A stretch of DNA of 64,000 bases from a bacterium (GTDB lineage Bacteria > ARS69). The DNA lies in contig JALGZR010000012.1 of NCBI GenBank assembly GCA_025774805.1, positions 629-64,628 on the forward strand, read 5' to 3'. The notes under the pieces are model-generated. The model saw only the letters and a program-made list of their open reading frames with translations. It did no database searches and was not told where the DNA came from. Within the stretch, counting starts at the first letter, position 1. Every line of letters starts with the position of its first letter. The position numbers and the translations under genes were made by a program. Below are positions 29,037 through 38,732 of the stretch, piece after piece.

Positions 29037-30194
29037 GTGTCTGCCGAGCCGCCGATCTATCTCGACGCCCACGCCACGACCCCCGTGGATCCACGGGTGC
29101 GGCAGTCGATGCTGCCGTACTTCGGTGAGCGTTTCGGAAACGCGTCCAGTCGCAACCACCCCTACGGCTGGGACGCGGAGACGGCGGTGGATCGCGCCCG
29201 CGAGCAGGCGGCGGAGCTGATCGGCTGCTCACCCAAGGAGATTCTCTGGACATCGGGTGCGACCGAATCGGACAACCTCTCGCTCGGCGGAGTGGTGGAG
29301 GCCTACCGCGGGCGGGGCGACCACCTCGTCACGTGCGTCACCGAGCACCCGGCGGTCCTCGACACGGCGCGCCATCTGGAGAGACGGGGGCTGCGCGTCA
29401 CCTATCTCCCGGTCGACTCCAGCGGTCTCGTCGATCCCGACGAGCTCCGATCCGCTCTCGACGATCGGACGATTCTCGTGTCGATCATGCTCGCGAACAA
29501 CGAAGTGGGAACGATCCAGGACGTCGCCGCGCTGTCGGCGATCGTGCGCGAGTCCTCCCCCGCCCTCGTGCACACCGACGCGGCGCAGGCGATCGGAAAG
29601 ATGCCGGTCGACGTCGAGAGGATGGGAGTCGATCTCCTCTCGATGTCGGGACACAAGATCCACGGTCCGATGGGAGTCGGCGCCCTCTACGTGCGGAGGC
29701 GGCGGCCGACGGTGCGCCTCGCACCGATCCTGCACGGAGGCGGACAAGAGCGGGGGTTGCGCTCCGGTACGCTCAATGTCCCCGGAATCGTGGGCATGGG
29801 GCGGGCGCTCGAAATCGCCGCGCGGGAACGGGAGAGCGAGGCCGCCCGTCTGCAGACGCTACGCGACCGGCTTCACGAGGGGCTGACCGGATCCCTCGAC
29901 GGGGTTCGCCTGAACGGACATCCGGAGCGCCGCCTGCCGAACAACCTCAACGTCTCCTTCGCGGGAGTCGAGGCGGAGAGCCTGATCCGGGAGGTTCCCG
30001 GCGTCGCCGTATCGACCGGGGCGGCCTGCGCCTCCGCGAGTCTCGATCCGAGCCACGTGATCCGGGCCCTCGGCCTCGGCGCCGACCGCGCGCACTCCTC
30101 GCTGCGCTTCGGTCTGCACCGATTCACGACCGAGGAGGAGATCGACCGGGCGATCCGGATGCTGGTCCGTGCCGTGCGGAAGCTCCGGGGCTAG
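29037..30194 (+). CDS. iscS: Cysteine desulfurase (IscS/NifS type)
   Basis: IYLDAHATT, TSGATESDN, HTDAAQ, SGHKIHGP, RSGT, STGAAC, SLRFG. Confidence 0.93.
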   Translation: MSAEPPIYLDAHATTPVDPRVRQSMLPYFGERFGNASSRNHPYGWDAETAVDRAREQAAELIGCSPKEILWTSGATESDNLSLGGVVEAYRGRGDHLVTCVTEHPAVLDTARHLERRGLRVTYLPVDSSGLVDPDELRSALDDRTILVSIMLANNEVGTIQDVAALSAIVRESSPALVHTDAAQAIGKMPVDVERMGVDLLSMSGHKIHGPMGVGALYVRRRRPTVRLAPILHGGGQERGLRSGTLNVPGIVGMGRALEIAARERESEAARLQTLRDRLHEGLTGSLDGVRLNGHPERRLPNNLNVSFAGVEAESLIREVPGVAVSTGAACASASLDPSHVIRALGLGADRAHSSLRFGLHRFTTEEEIDRAIRMLVRAVRKLRG

Positions 30195-30372
30195 CCCGCA
30201 TATCTCACCAGGCTCGTCGCGAGGCTGCGGATAGTCGTGGCTGGCGAGGAGATGGGGTGCTTCCGCCCGAGACGGGGCCGTAGCCCCGTCGCAGGGCGGG
30301 AGCGCCGCAGCGACGAAGCCAGGCGCGGCTTTGCCGCTGCCGCAGTAGAGCCTGGTGAGAAATGCAGGCTAG
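30191..30372. mobile_element. CTAG-bounded MITE-like element, family A (full length, 182 bp)
   Basis: Inverted ends CTAGCCCGCATATCTCACCAGG...CCTGGTGAGAAATGCAGGCTAG; highly similar to 55232-55412. Confidence 0.85.
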
Positions 30373-31646
30373 CCGCCCCGCTTGTCGTTCATGCGGAAGA
30401 GCAAGGTCCCGAGGCCGTTGAGACGGAGAACCCCGGACACCGTCGGCTTCGGATTGACAATCTTCAGATTCCGACCCGACAGGGTGACCGATTCGACCAG
30501 TGAGTTCAGCTCCCGCGCCTCCGCCGGCGACATGTTCTCGACACGGGAGAGATCGAGCAGGACCACTTCGGCGGCGGCCGGAATCCGATCATCCAGACCG
30601 TCCAGAGTCCCCTGGCGGATCTCGGGTTGGTCGATGCGTACGAGGGACAGGCTCTCCATCGACTCGATCCGGACACGAGGAGTCGGGGGCGGCGGTGAGG
30701 AGGGCTCCGTCTCGGGATCGGTGTCCGTTCGCCTCCCGGCTCCGGCCGGGGTGCCGCCCTCCGGAGCGACCGGGCCGCCCGACGAGGCGGGAACCGCGGC
30801 GGTGGTCGGCCCGCCGCCGACCCCGTGGGTGCCCGCGACGGGCGCCATGGTCTCCCCGACCGCGGCGGCGCCGACTGCCTCGGCACCGTCCTCCTTCCCC
30901 GGGCCTCCACTTCCCGCCTCGACGATCTCCGGGCTCTCCTCGCGCGCCGCCCTCACGGCATCCTGGCGGTCGGAGTGGATCCTCAGGGCCTCCGTGATTC
31001 CGGGGAAGATCGCGCTGGCCCTCACCCCCGCCGCCGGACGGACGATCTGCAGGAACTCTCCCAGCTCCCGGATCCTCCGCTCGAAGTGCTCGATCGCGGC
31101 GCTCACCAAGTGGTTCATGACGCGGACCCGGGAGAGATCGAGGACGATCGGCCGACAGGTATCGCCCTGCGCGGTGCGGAGGGCCTGCGGCAGCTCGTCC
31201 AGGGTCTCGAGGACGAGCTCGTCGTTCAGGACCGTGACGACCGGAACCTGCCTCTCCACCTCGATGGAATAGTCCATGCGGAAACCGCCCAACAGGTGCT
31301 CGGCCTTCTCGAGGAGCTGCGCAGTCTCGAACGGCTTGACCACGTACTCGCTGGCGCCGGCGGCGAAGGCCTTGGACACCGTGGTCATGTCGCTGTCGCA
31401 GCTCATGACCAAGATCGGGATCTGGTGGGTCCGGCTGTCCGTCTGGAGGATTCGGGTCGCCTCGAGGCCGTCCATCCCCGGCAGGGTGATGTCCATCAGA
31501 ACGAGGTCGGGCTGGAGGGACTGCGCCAGCTCCACCGCCTCCTCGCCGGACCCGGCGATCCGGGCCTCGTGCCCGGAGTTCGCGAACAGCTCGGCGACCG
31601 TTCGGGCGATGAACGTGACGTCGTCGACGACCAGAATCTGCGCCAT
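30369..31646 (-). CDS. Response regulator: REC plus two STAS-like domains
   Basis: ILVVDD, PDLVLMDITLPGMDG, YVVKPF; two LDLSRV motifs separated by an Ala/Pro/Gly linker. Confidence 0.85.
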   Translation of the reverse strand: MAQILVVDDVTFIARTVAELFANSGHEARIAGSGEEAVELAQSLQPDLVLMDITLPGMDGLEATRILQTDSRTHQIPILVMSCDSDMTTVSKAFAAGASEYVVKPFETAQLLEKAEHLLGGFRMDYSIEVERQVPVVTVLNDELVLETLDELPQALRTAQGDTCRPIVLDLSRVRVMNHLVSAAIEHFERRIRELGEFLQIVRPAAGVRASAIFPGITEALRIHSDRQDAVRAAREESPEIVEAGSGGPGKEDGAEAVGAAAVGETMAPVAGTHGVGGGPTTAAVPASSGGPVAPEGGTPAGAGRRTDTDPETEPSSPPPPTPRVRIESMESLSLVRIDQPEIRQGTLDGLDDRIPAAAEVVLLDLSRVENMSPAEARELNSLVESVTLSGRNLKIVNPKPTVSGVLRLNGLGTLLFRMNDKRGG

Positions 31647-31758
31647 GGCGATGGACGACCCCGTCGGGGCGAGGCTCTCCCCCTCAAGCGGATTGTCGGA
31701 ACCGAAACCTGGCGACTGAAGGAGCGCGGCCGGACCGGGGCGGGAATCGTCCGCCGCG

Positions 31759-31791
31759 GCAGCGGCTCGCGACGAGCCGGGTGAGAAATGC
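31759..31791 (-). repeat. Remnant end of a family A element
   Basis: CTCGCGACGAGCCGGGTGAGAAATGC matches the reverse complement of the family A left arm. Confidence 0.6.
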
Positions 31792-31863
31792 CGCCCCGGG
31801 CCGGCCGTAGGCAAGGTCGGGCGCTTTGGGTAGGGTCCGGACGGAGGACCGGAGGGGCCACCC

Positions 31864-32577
31864 ATGACCGAAGCCTGGCTGAGGACCGAAGCTCTCTGCC
31901 GCCACTACCACCGTGGGCCCCAGGTGGTGAAAGCCGTCGACGGGGTCGACCTCGCGCTCGCCCGGGGTGAGTTCCTCGCCCTCGTCGGGGCCTCCGGGTC
32001 GGGGAAGTCGACCCTCCTCAATCTCCTGGCCGGCCTGGACACCCCGACCTCGGGACGAATCGAGGTGGAGGGCCGCTCTCTCGCCTCGTTCTCGAAGCGG
32101 GAGCTCGCCTCGTACCGGGCGCGACGCGTGGGCATGATCTTCCAGACCTTCCATCTCATTCCCCACCGCACGGCGCTGGAGAACGTGGAAGTCGCGCTCT
32201 GCTTCCAGCCGGTGCCCCGGCGGGACCGTCGCTCGGTGGCGCGCGCGGTTCTCGCCCGCCTGGGATTGAGCGATCGCGAGGACCACCGGCCGGCCGACCT
32301 CTCGGGGGGCGAGCAGCAGCGGGTCGCGATCGCCCGGGCCCTCGTGGGAGAGCCGGACATCCTGTTCGCCGACGAGCCGACCGGAAACCTCGACGAGGAC
32401 AACACCGGCCAGATCGCCGAGTTGCTTCGCGAGCTCAACGCCCGCGGACACGGCGTCGTGATGACCACGCACGATCGCCATCTCGCCCGGCGCTGCGCCC
32501 ACCGCATCCTGCGGCTCGACTACGGGCGGCTCGTCCCCGATCGCGATCGCTCCCCCCACCGGGAGGGTGATCGGTGA
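31864..32577 (+). CDS. ABC transporter ATP-binding protein (LolD/MacB type)
   Basis: GASGSGKST, LSGGEQQRVAIARA, ADEPTGNLD, THD. Confidence 0.95.
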   Translation: MTEAWLRTEALCRHYHRGPQVVKAVDGVDLALARGEFLALVGASGSGKSTLLNLLAGLDTPTSGRIEVEGRSLASFSKRELASYRARRVGMIFQTFHLIPHRTALENVEVALCFQPVPRRDRRSVARAVLARLGLSDREDHRPADLSGGEQQRVAIARALVGEPDILFADEPTGNLDEDNTGQIAELLRELNARGHGVVMTTHDRHLARRCAHRILRLDYGRLVPDRDRSPHREGDR

Positions 32578-33987
32578 ACGCTCAGGATCTGATCACGATC
32601 GGGGCTGGCAATCTCCGGCGGACGAAGCTGCGCACCTCACTGACGATGTCGGGGGTCGTCATCGCCATCGGTGCGTTCGTGGCGATGCTCTCGTTCGGAG
32701 CGGGAAACCAGCGGATCGTCAACGAGCAGTTCGAGGAGATGGGGCTGCTCACGACGGTCATCGTCTACCCCCCGGAGAAGGAGGAGGACGACGACTCGTC
32801 CCGGGTGGTCCTCGATGCCGAGGCCGTGCAGGAGCTCGCCGCTCTCCCCGGGGTGCGGCTCGCCTACCCGTACGACGATTTCGACGTCACGGTCACGGCG
32901 GGGGACTCGGTGCTCACGACCCGGGCCCAGGCCCTGCCCCCCGAGGCGTTCGAAACGAAGTTGTTCTCCCGAACCCTCGCCGGCGTCCTGCTCGCTCCCG
33001 GCGACAGCACCGGAGTTCTCGTCATGGAGGAGCTCCTCGAGGAGCTCGGCTACGAGAGCCCGGATTCCCTTGTCGGGAAGACCATTCGGCTCTCCGTGCG
33101 ATCGGTGAGCCCGGACAGCGGCTTCGCCCGGCTCGTACGTCGGGTGAACGGGGAGACCCGGATCATCTTGCCGGAGCTGGGACCCGACACGATTCGAACG
33201 GTGGAGAACGGGCAGAGGCTGCTGCGCCGCGCCGCCTCCGAGACGGTGAGCCGCTTCCTGGACGGCTATCTTCACGCTCAGGCCGAGGTGGCCGACACCC
33301 TCACCGTGCGGGGCGTGATCCGGCGGGGCGGGCGCCGGGCTCCCGTCCGCCCCCTCGTGATTCCGCTGCGGACCGCCCGCCGCTTCGACGCCGCCGGTCC
33401 CGGCGGGGACGCGGTCGACATCCTCCCCGCCATTCTCGAGGGAACGCTGTTCACGGGCGAGCCGGCCGCCGGGTCGAAGAGCCGCGCTGACCGACTCGGT
33501 GGAAGCCCTCGGCTATCGCTCCTTCAGCTATGCCGCGGAGTTCGCCGAGATCGGGCGTTTCCTTCTCCTTTTCAACCTCGGTCTGGGCGCCATCGGGGTG
33601 GTCGCCCTCGCGACGGCCGCCCTCGGAATCGTCAATACCATGCTGATGTCCGTCTCCGAGCGGCGCCGCGAGATCGGCATTCTCCGATCGTTGGGTGCCG
33701 AGGCCTTCGACATCCGGATGCTCTTTCTCGTGGAGTCGGGGCTCATCGGCGCGTTCGGCTCCGCGCTCGGGATCCTCCTCGGGTGGGGGGTGGCCCGCCT
33801 CGGCTCGCGGGTGGCGCGCGAGATCATGATCCGTCAGGACGTCGAGCCGTTCGACCTCTTCGCCACCCCGCCCTGGCTCGTGCTCACCGCCCTGCTGTTC
33901 GGGACCTTCGTGAGCGTCGTCGCCGGCGCCCTGCCCGCCGCGCGAGCGAGCCGGGAAGATCCAGTGCAAGCACTCCGCTATGAGTGA
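32574..33987 (+). pseudogene. MacB/FtsX-type ABC permease with a frameshift near 33480
   Basis: N-terminal KLRTSLTMSGVVIAI; the FtsX domain (GIVNTMLMSVSERRREIG...PAARASREDPVQALRYE) lies in a different frame, 33499..33987. Confidence 0.8.
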
Positions 33988-34137
33988 GGGGCCGCGCCGT
34001 TTCCCCCTTGCCATACCCCGGGATCGGGTCATCATAGAAGCGTGGGACCGGGGTAGCGACTCCCGGCCCCGGGTCGCCAGCCCTCGACGGAGAGGCTCGA
34101 CGGAGACCCGAATCGAGGACGGACCGGAGAGAGAGCC

Positions 34138-34554
34138 ATGACCGCAGCGGACCGACCCGCCGCCACCGAGACGATGGAGCCCCCGAAGCTCTTCACACCG
34201 CAGCTCGCGAACAAGTCCCTTCCGCTCGTCCGGGGCATCGTCGAGGACATCCTGGAACGGGTTCGGGAACTGCGAGGGCGTCGCGTGCTGTCGAAGGATC
34301 CCGAGGCGGATCAGGAGATCGCCGAGATCCGGCGCGATCTCACGGGCTTGATGAAGGAGCTCGAGAGTCTCGGCGTGTTCTACAAGAGCGCGGATCCCGA
34401 TGTGGGACTGGTCGACTTCCCCGCGAAGATGAACGGGGAAGACGTTCTCCTCTGCTGGAAGTCGGATGAGCCCCGAGTGGCCTGGTACCACTCGATCGAG
34501 GGCGGGTTCGCCGGCCGCCGCCCGATTCCCCCCGCCCTGCTGGAAGAGAACTAG
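34138..34554 (+). CDS. DUF2203-like protein
   Basis: FTPQLANKSLPLV, GLVDFP, LLCWK.DEP, WYH, GGFAGRRPI. Confidence 0.8.
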   Translation: MTAADRPAATETMEPPKLFTPQLANKSLPLVRGIVEDILERVRELRGRRVLSKDPEADQEIAEIRRDLTGLMKELESLGVFYKSADPDVGLVDFPAKMNGEDVLLCWKSDEPRVAWYHSIEGGFAGRRPIPPALLEEN

Positions 34555-34707
34555 CCTCGATCCGTCAGAAAATCTCGGCGAAAACCGCTGGCGCTCGCAC
34601 GATAGCATGCCATCCGCGGCCGTGCTCGCCCTCGCCAATACTCACTTATCGTGAGATAAGCTCCGCTTGGCTCGGGCTGCGCGCGACCCCGGCTGGCGCG
34701 AGGCTGG
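34551..34707. mobile_element. CTAG-bounded MITE-like element, family B (opposite orientation)
   Basis: Same 20-bp end as 23446; inverted 92-bp core; vestigial CGAGGCTGG right end. Confidence 0.75.
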
Positions 34708-35197
34708 CCCGCAGATCTCACCTGCTTCGTCCTCATGCGGCGGATCAGCCCGGGCATCCCGCGGATGCCCCACGTGAACCCACTGCTGGGCGGCGTCGGC
34801 CAGGCCATCATGTCGGTCTTCCGGCCGAGCCCGATGGCCGGCGAGTCCCACTGGACCCGGGACGTGAGCGTGGACGGGCGGAGCTTCAGGGTCAGGTACA
34901 CCTACCTGCAGCCACAGTAGTAGCGGTTGCCCCCGGCTTCCTGAGCAGGGCTCCGTCCGGAAGGGCGCAGGAGCGGATCGCCCCGGACAGGCCGGACCGA
35001 CCCGGCGCGGGTCCGCACACTTTCGATGCACCGGAGTTCCTCGCCAATCTCCTCGCGGACGTGACGCGCCACGGTGAGGTCTACGTCGGGTATTCCGGCG
35101 ACTATTCCGTGAGAAGGCGCGCCACGTGGAGACCGACCGGAGTCCGCATGGGCCGCGAGGCGGATCAAGTCGGAGGCCCGTACCGTAGGAGGCCCGT

Positions 35198-35966
35198 TCA
35201 GTCGGAGACTCCTCTCCCAGCCAGTTCCGAGTCCAACCACTCTCCGATCGCGGTCACCACGCGGCGCCCGATCGAGTGTCCCTCCTCGAAGAGCCTGCAT
35301 TCGACGGGGATGCCGGCTGCGGCGAGCGCCGCCCGACTGCGCTCGGCAGCCTCGGGCCGAACCGACACGTCCCGGCTCCCGTGGCAGAGCAGTACCCGGA
35401 AGTCCTGCTCCGCGGCCCGGGCCATCTCCCCGGCGAGGAACTCGGTCTTCACGCGGGCCCCCGCGACGATCAATCGTGCGAAGAATCCGGCGTTGCGGAT
35501 CGCGACCCATGCGCCGCAGTAGCCGCCCTGGGAGAACCCCAGGATGAATCGGGAGGCCGGCGCGAGCCTTCGCTCCGCTTCCACCCCCCGCACGACGTCG
35601 AGGATCAGCCGCTCCGTGCGCACGAGCTCGGAACGGAATCGCTCTTGGTTCCCGTCGTAGTCGTACCAGCTCCCCGCGTTTCGACGGCCGGGGAGTCCCT
35701 GCACCGGATACGGCGCCCGCGGGAACAGGAATCGCAGCGGACGGTCGAGCAGCTTCTGGAGCAGAAGCGCGAACACGTCCTCGTCCATCCCCCAGCCGTG
35801 AAGACAGACGACGAGCGGAAGGGACGGATCCTCCGTCGTGCCGTCGAGCCGCGACGACGAGCGGAAGGGACGGATCCTCCGTCGTGCCGTCGAGCCGCCA
35901 CACCACGGGCGGATCCGAGGCGTGCTCGCCGCGGATCGTGCGGGGGCGGGCGCGGCTCTCGGTCAT
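35198..35966 (-). pseudogene. Phospholipase/carboxylesterase (alpha/beta hydrolase) frameshifted by a 46-bp tandem duplication
   Basis: LVVCLHGWG, GFSQGG, HGSRD, GH; removing one repeat copy restores a continuous frame from ATG 35966. Confidence 0.85.
35807..35898. repeat. Exact 46-bp tandem duplication
   Basis: GACGACGAGCGGAAGGGACGGATCCTCCGTCGTGCCGTCGAGCCGC at 35807-35852 and 35853-35898. Confidence 0.95.
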
Positions 35967-36201
35967 CTCCTCTCCGTTCGGGGAATCGGCCGGGCAGAGC
36001 CGGGCTCGGCATCGGATCTCTCTTCTCCCGGCCGTGCGGGCCGAATTCTAGGCGCTTCCCGGACCCCGGTCGACGACATCGCGTCCCACTCTTCCCCTCG
36101 CGTCCGTATCCGCCGACCCACTAAGATGGAGGAACGCCGGCCGTGACCGAGCCGCCCGCTTTCCTCCGCCTCGAAACCTGGCCCCCGGAAAGGAGGCGAT
36201 C

Positions 36202-38613
36202 GTGGATCCCACCCGCCCCGGAAGAGCTCACGGACCGCTCCTCGTGATCACATCGTCTCTTCTCCTTCTCGCGTTCGGAGCGGTGGCCGGGCTCGCGGCT
36301 CCGCTCCGTCTCGCGAGCACTACGTTCGATCCCGGTCTCACGTTTCCCGAGATTCCGCCCGACCTTCGGGCCGAACCGCCGGCTCCGGGCGAGGTCGCGG
36401 CGTTCATCGTCCAGGTCGGGGGACCCGTGACCGCCGAAGCCCGTCGAACCGTGGAAGACGCGGGCGAGATCCTCGGCTATCTGCCCGACAACGCGTTCCT
36501 GCTCCGCTCGACGTCCGCGAAGATCGCCGCTGCGGCCGATGCCCCGAAGGTCGTCTGGACCGGCCTGTGGCACCCGGCGTTTCGAATCTCACCGCAGATC
36601 GGTCGGACCGAGCGAATCGACCCCGCCCGGAGGGGAGATTCCGTCCGGACCCTGCTGGTCTGGGCGGCCGGGGACGCGCTCGCGACTCGAGCCGACCTCG
36701 AGAGCGCCGGCGCGACCGTTCTCGAATCGTTCCCGCGCCGGGTCGGGCACCGATTCGTCGTGGCGGTCGAAGACGAACGGATCCCGGATCTCGCGCGCCT
36801 TCCCTCGGTTCTGTTTCTGGAGGAGAGACCGGACTTCCGGGTGTGGAACGACCGCACCACGTGGGTCGCCCAGGAGAACGTGTCGGGCCAGTTTCCGCTC
36901 TGGGATCACGGCCTTCACGGCGAGGACCAGATCATCACCGTGATGGACTCCGGGCTCGACTACAACTCGTGCTGGTTCCGGGATCCGGGCAAGACCCCGG
37001 GACCGACGCACCGGAAGGTCGTCGACTACGCGCTCTTCGGTGGGCAGGCCTACGACGGCTGCGGCACGGGGCACGGCACGCACGTCTGCGGAACGCTCGC
37101 GGGGAACCAGACCTACGTGAATCCGGGGCAGACGGCCGCCAACGGCCTCGCGTACGAGGCGAAGCTCACGCTCCAGGACGTCGGGAACGACGACTTCTTC
37201 TCGTGCCTGCTCGGACTCGTCAGCGTGCCGAATGACCTCACAAACGCTTTTCAGGCGAGCTACGATCTCGGCGCCCGCGTTCACTCGAACAGCTGGGGCT
37301 CCACCTCGAATTCCTACAACGGGTTCTGCGTCGACATCGACGACTTCATGTGGGACCACCCCGACTTCCTGGTCGTGTTCGCGGCGGGGAACTCCGGTTC
37401 GGGCTCGGGCACGGTCGGGAGCCCCGGCACCGCGAAGAACTGCGTGACCGTCGGGGCGACACGTCAGGCGCCGAACCAGGAGTCGATCGCGTGGTACTCC
37501 AGCCGGGGACCGGCCCACGACTCCCGGTACAAGCCGACGCTCACCCTGCCGGGCGGGGACGAAAGCCTCTACATCACGAGCGCGGACAACCACACGGGGA
37601 ATCCGCCCTCGAACACCTGCAGCGCGCAGGGGAGCCCCTTCATGGGCACGTCGATGGCGACTCCGGCCGTGTCGGCCTCGGCGGCGATCATCCGGCAGTA
37701 CTTCCTGGAGGGGTATTACCCCGCCGGATCGACGGGACTCCCCGGCGCGCTTCCCGTGGACGCCTTCACCCCGTCGGCCGCCCTGGTCAAGGCGATGCTG
37801 ACGAACTCCGCCGCCGACATGGGCGGCTCCGACGTTCCGAACCACAACGAGGGATGGGGTCGGGTCCTGCTCGAGGACGTGCTTCATTTCCAGGGGGACG
37901 CGCGGGAGATCCGGGTGGAGGAGAACGCCGTCGGGCTGTCGACCGGACAGAGCGACGAGTTCAACTACGAGGTCGAGACCGGGGAGCCGATCGAGATCAC
38001 TCTCGTCTGGACGGACTACCCCGCCACCAGCGGCGCCGGGATTGCGCTCGTGAACGACCTCGACCTGGTGGTGACCGGTCCGTCGGGGACGTACCGGGGC
38101 AACGTCTTTTCCGGAGGGCAGAGCACGACGGGAGGAACCGCCGACCGCCGCAACGTCGAGGAGGTGGTCCGCATCGCGAGCCCGAGCGCGGGATCATGGA
38201 CCGCGGGCGTTCAGGCCCACAACGTCCCGCAGGGACCCCAGCCCTACGCGCTCGTCTCGACCGGCGCCTTCGCCGGCTGGCCTCCGACGGATCCCACGGC
38301 GATCGGTGAGGGTGCGGCCACGGTCAATTCGAGGGCGCTCTCGCTCCGCGTAACCCCCAATCCGACCCGGGATGGGGCGACGGTGAGTCTCACGTTTCCG
38401 GGGGCGGGACGGCGCGACGTCCTCGTGGAGATCTTCGACGTGCGCGGGGCTCGGGTCGCCGTGCCCCACCGGGGGGCCCTGAACGCCGGGAAGACGACTC
38501 TCTCCTGGGACGGCAACGATCCGGAGGGCCGGGCCGTTCCGCCCGGGCTCTACTTCGTGCGAGCGCTGATCGGCACGGAGACGATCACGAGGAAGCTGAC
38601 CGTCGTACGCTAG
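36202..38613 (+). CDS. Secreted S8 subtilase (KP-43-like) with FlgD-Ig/T9SS-like C-terminal domain
   Basis: VMDSG, GHGTHVCG, AAGN, GTSMATP; LVNDLDL, NVEEV; C-terminal TPNP...IFDVRG...WDG...GLYFVR. Confidence 0.93.
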   Translation: MDPTRPGRAHGPLLVITSSLLLLAFGAVAGLAAPLRLASTTFDPGLTFPEIPPDLRAEPPAPGEVAAFIVQVGGPVTAEARRTVEDAGEILGYLPDNAFLLRSTSAKIAAAADAPKVVWTGLWHPAFRISPQIGRTERIDPARRGDSVRTLLVWAAGDALATRADLESAGATVLESFPRRVGHRFVVAVEDERIPDLARLPSVLFLEERPDFRVWNDRTTWVAQENVSGQFPLWDHGLHGEDQIITVMDSGLDYNSCWFRDPGKTPGPTHRKVVDYALFGGQAYDGCGTGHGTHVCGTLAGNQTYVNPGQTAANGLAYEAKLTLQDVGNDDFFSCLLGLVSVPNDLTNAFQASYDLGARVHSNSWGSTSNSYNGFCVDIDDFMWDHPDFLVVFAAGNSGSGSGTVGSPGTAKNCVTVGATRQAPNQESIAWYSSRGPAHDSRYKPTLTLPGGDESLYITSADNHTGNPPSNTCSAQGSPFMGTSMATPAVSASAAIIRQYFLEGYYPAGSTGLPGALPVDAFTPSAALVKAMLTNSAADMGGSDVPNHNEGWGRVLLEDVLHFQGDAREIRVEENAVGLSTGQSDEFNYEVETGEPIEITLVWTDYPATSGAGIALVNDLDLVVTGPSGTYRGNVFSGGQSTTGGTADRRNVEEVVRIASPSAGSWTAGVQAHNVPQGPQPYALVSTGAFAGWPPTDPTAIGEGAATVNSRALSLRVTPNPTRDGATVSLTFPGAGRRDVLVEIFDVRGARVAVPHRGALNAGKTTLSWDGNDPEGRAVPPGLYFVRALIGTETITRKLTVVR

Positions 38614-38707
38614 CCTGCATTTCTCACCAGGCTCGTCGCGAGGCTGCGGATGGTCGTGTCTGGCTTCGCCGCTGCCGCAGCAGAGACTGGTGAGATATGC
38701 AGGCTAG
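38610..38707. mobile_element. Family A element, internally deleted (98 bp)
   Basis: CTAGCCTGCATTTCTCACCAG...CTGGTGAGATATGCAGGCTAG; both ends intact. Confidence 0.85.
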
Positions 38708-38732
38708 CCCGCAGTCTTCGAAGGGAGGAACC

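Noticed and set aside
33470-33500. Programmed ribosomal frameshift in the permease
   Set aside because: No slippery heptamer or homopolymer; more consistent with a deletion
23446-38707. TAG followed by hairpins as a pyrrolysine or readthrough signal
   Set aside because: The proteins appear complete at the TAG, no pyl genes are in the window, and the elements have inverted ends and also occur away from stops (55232)
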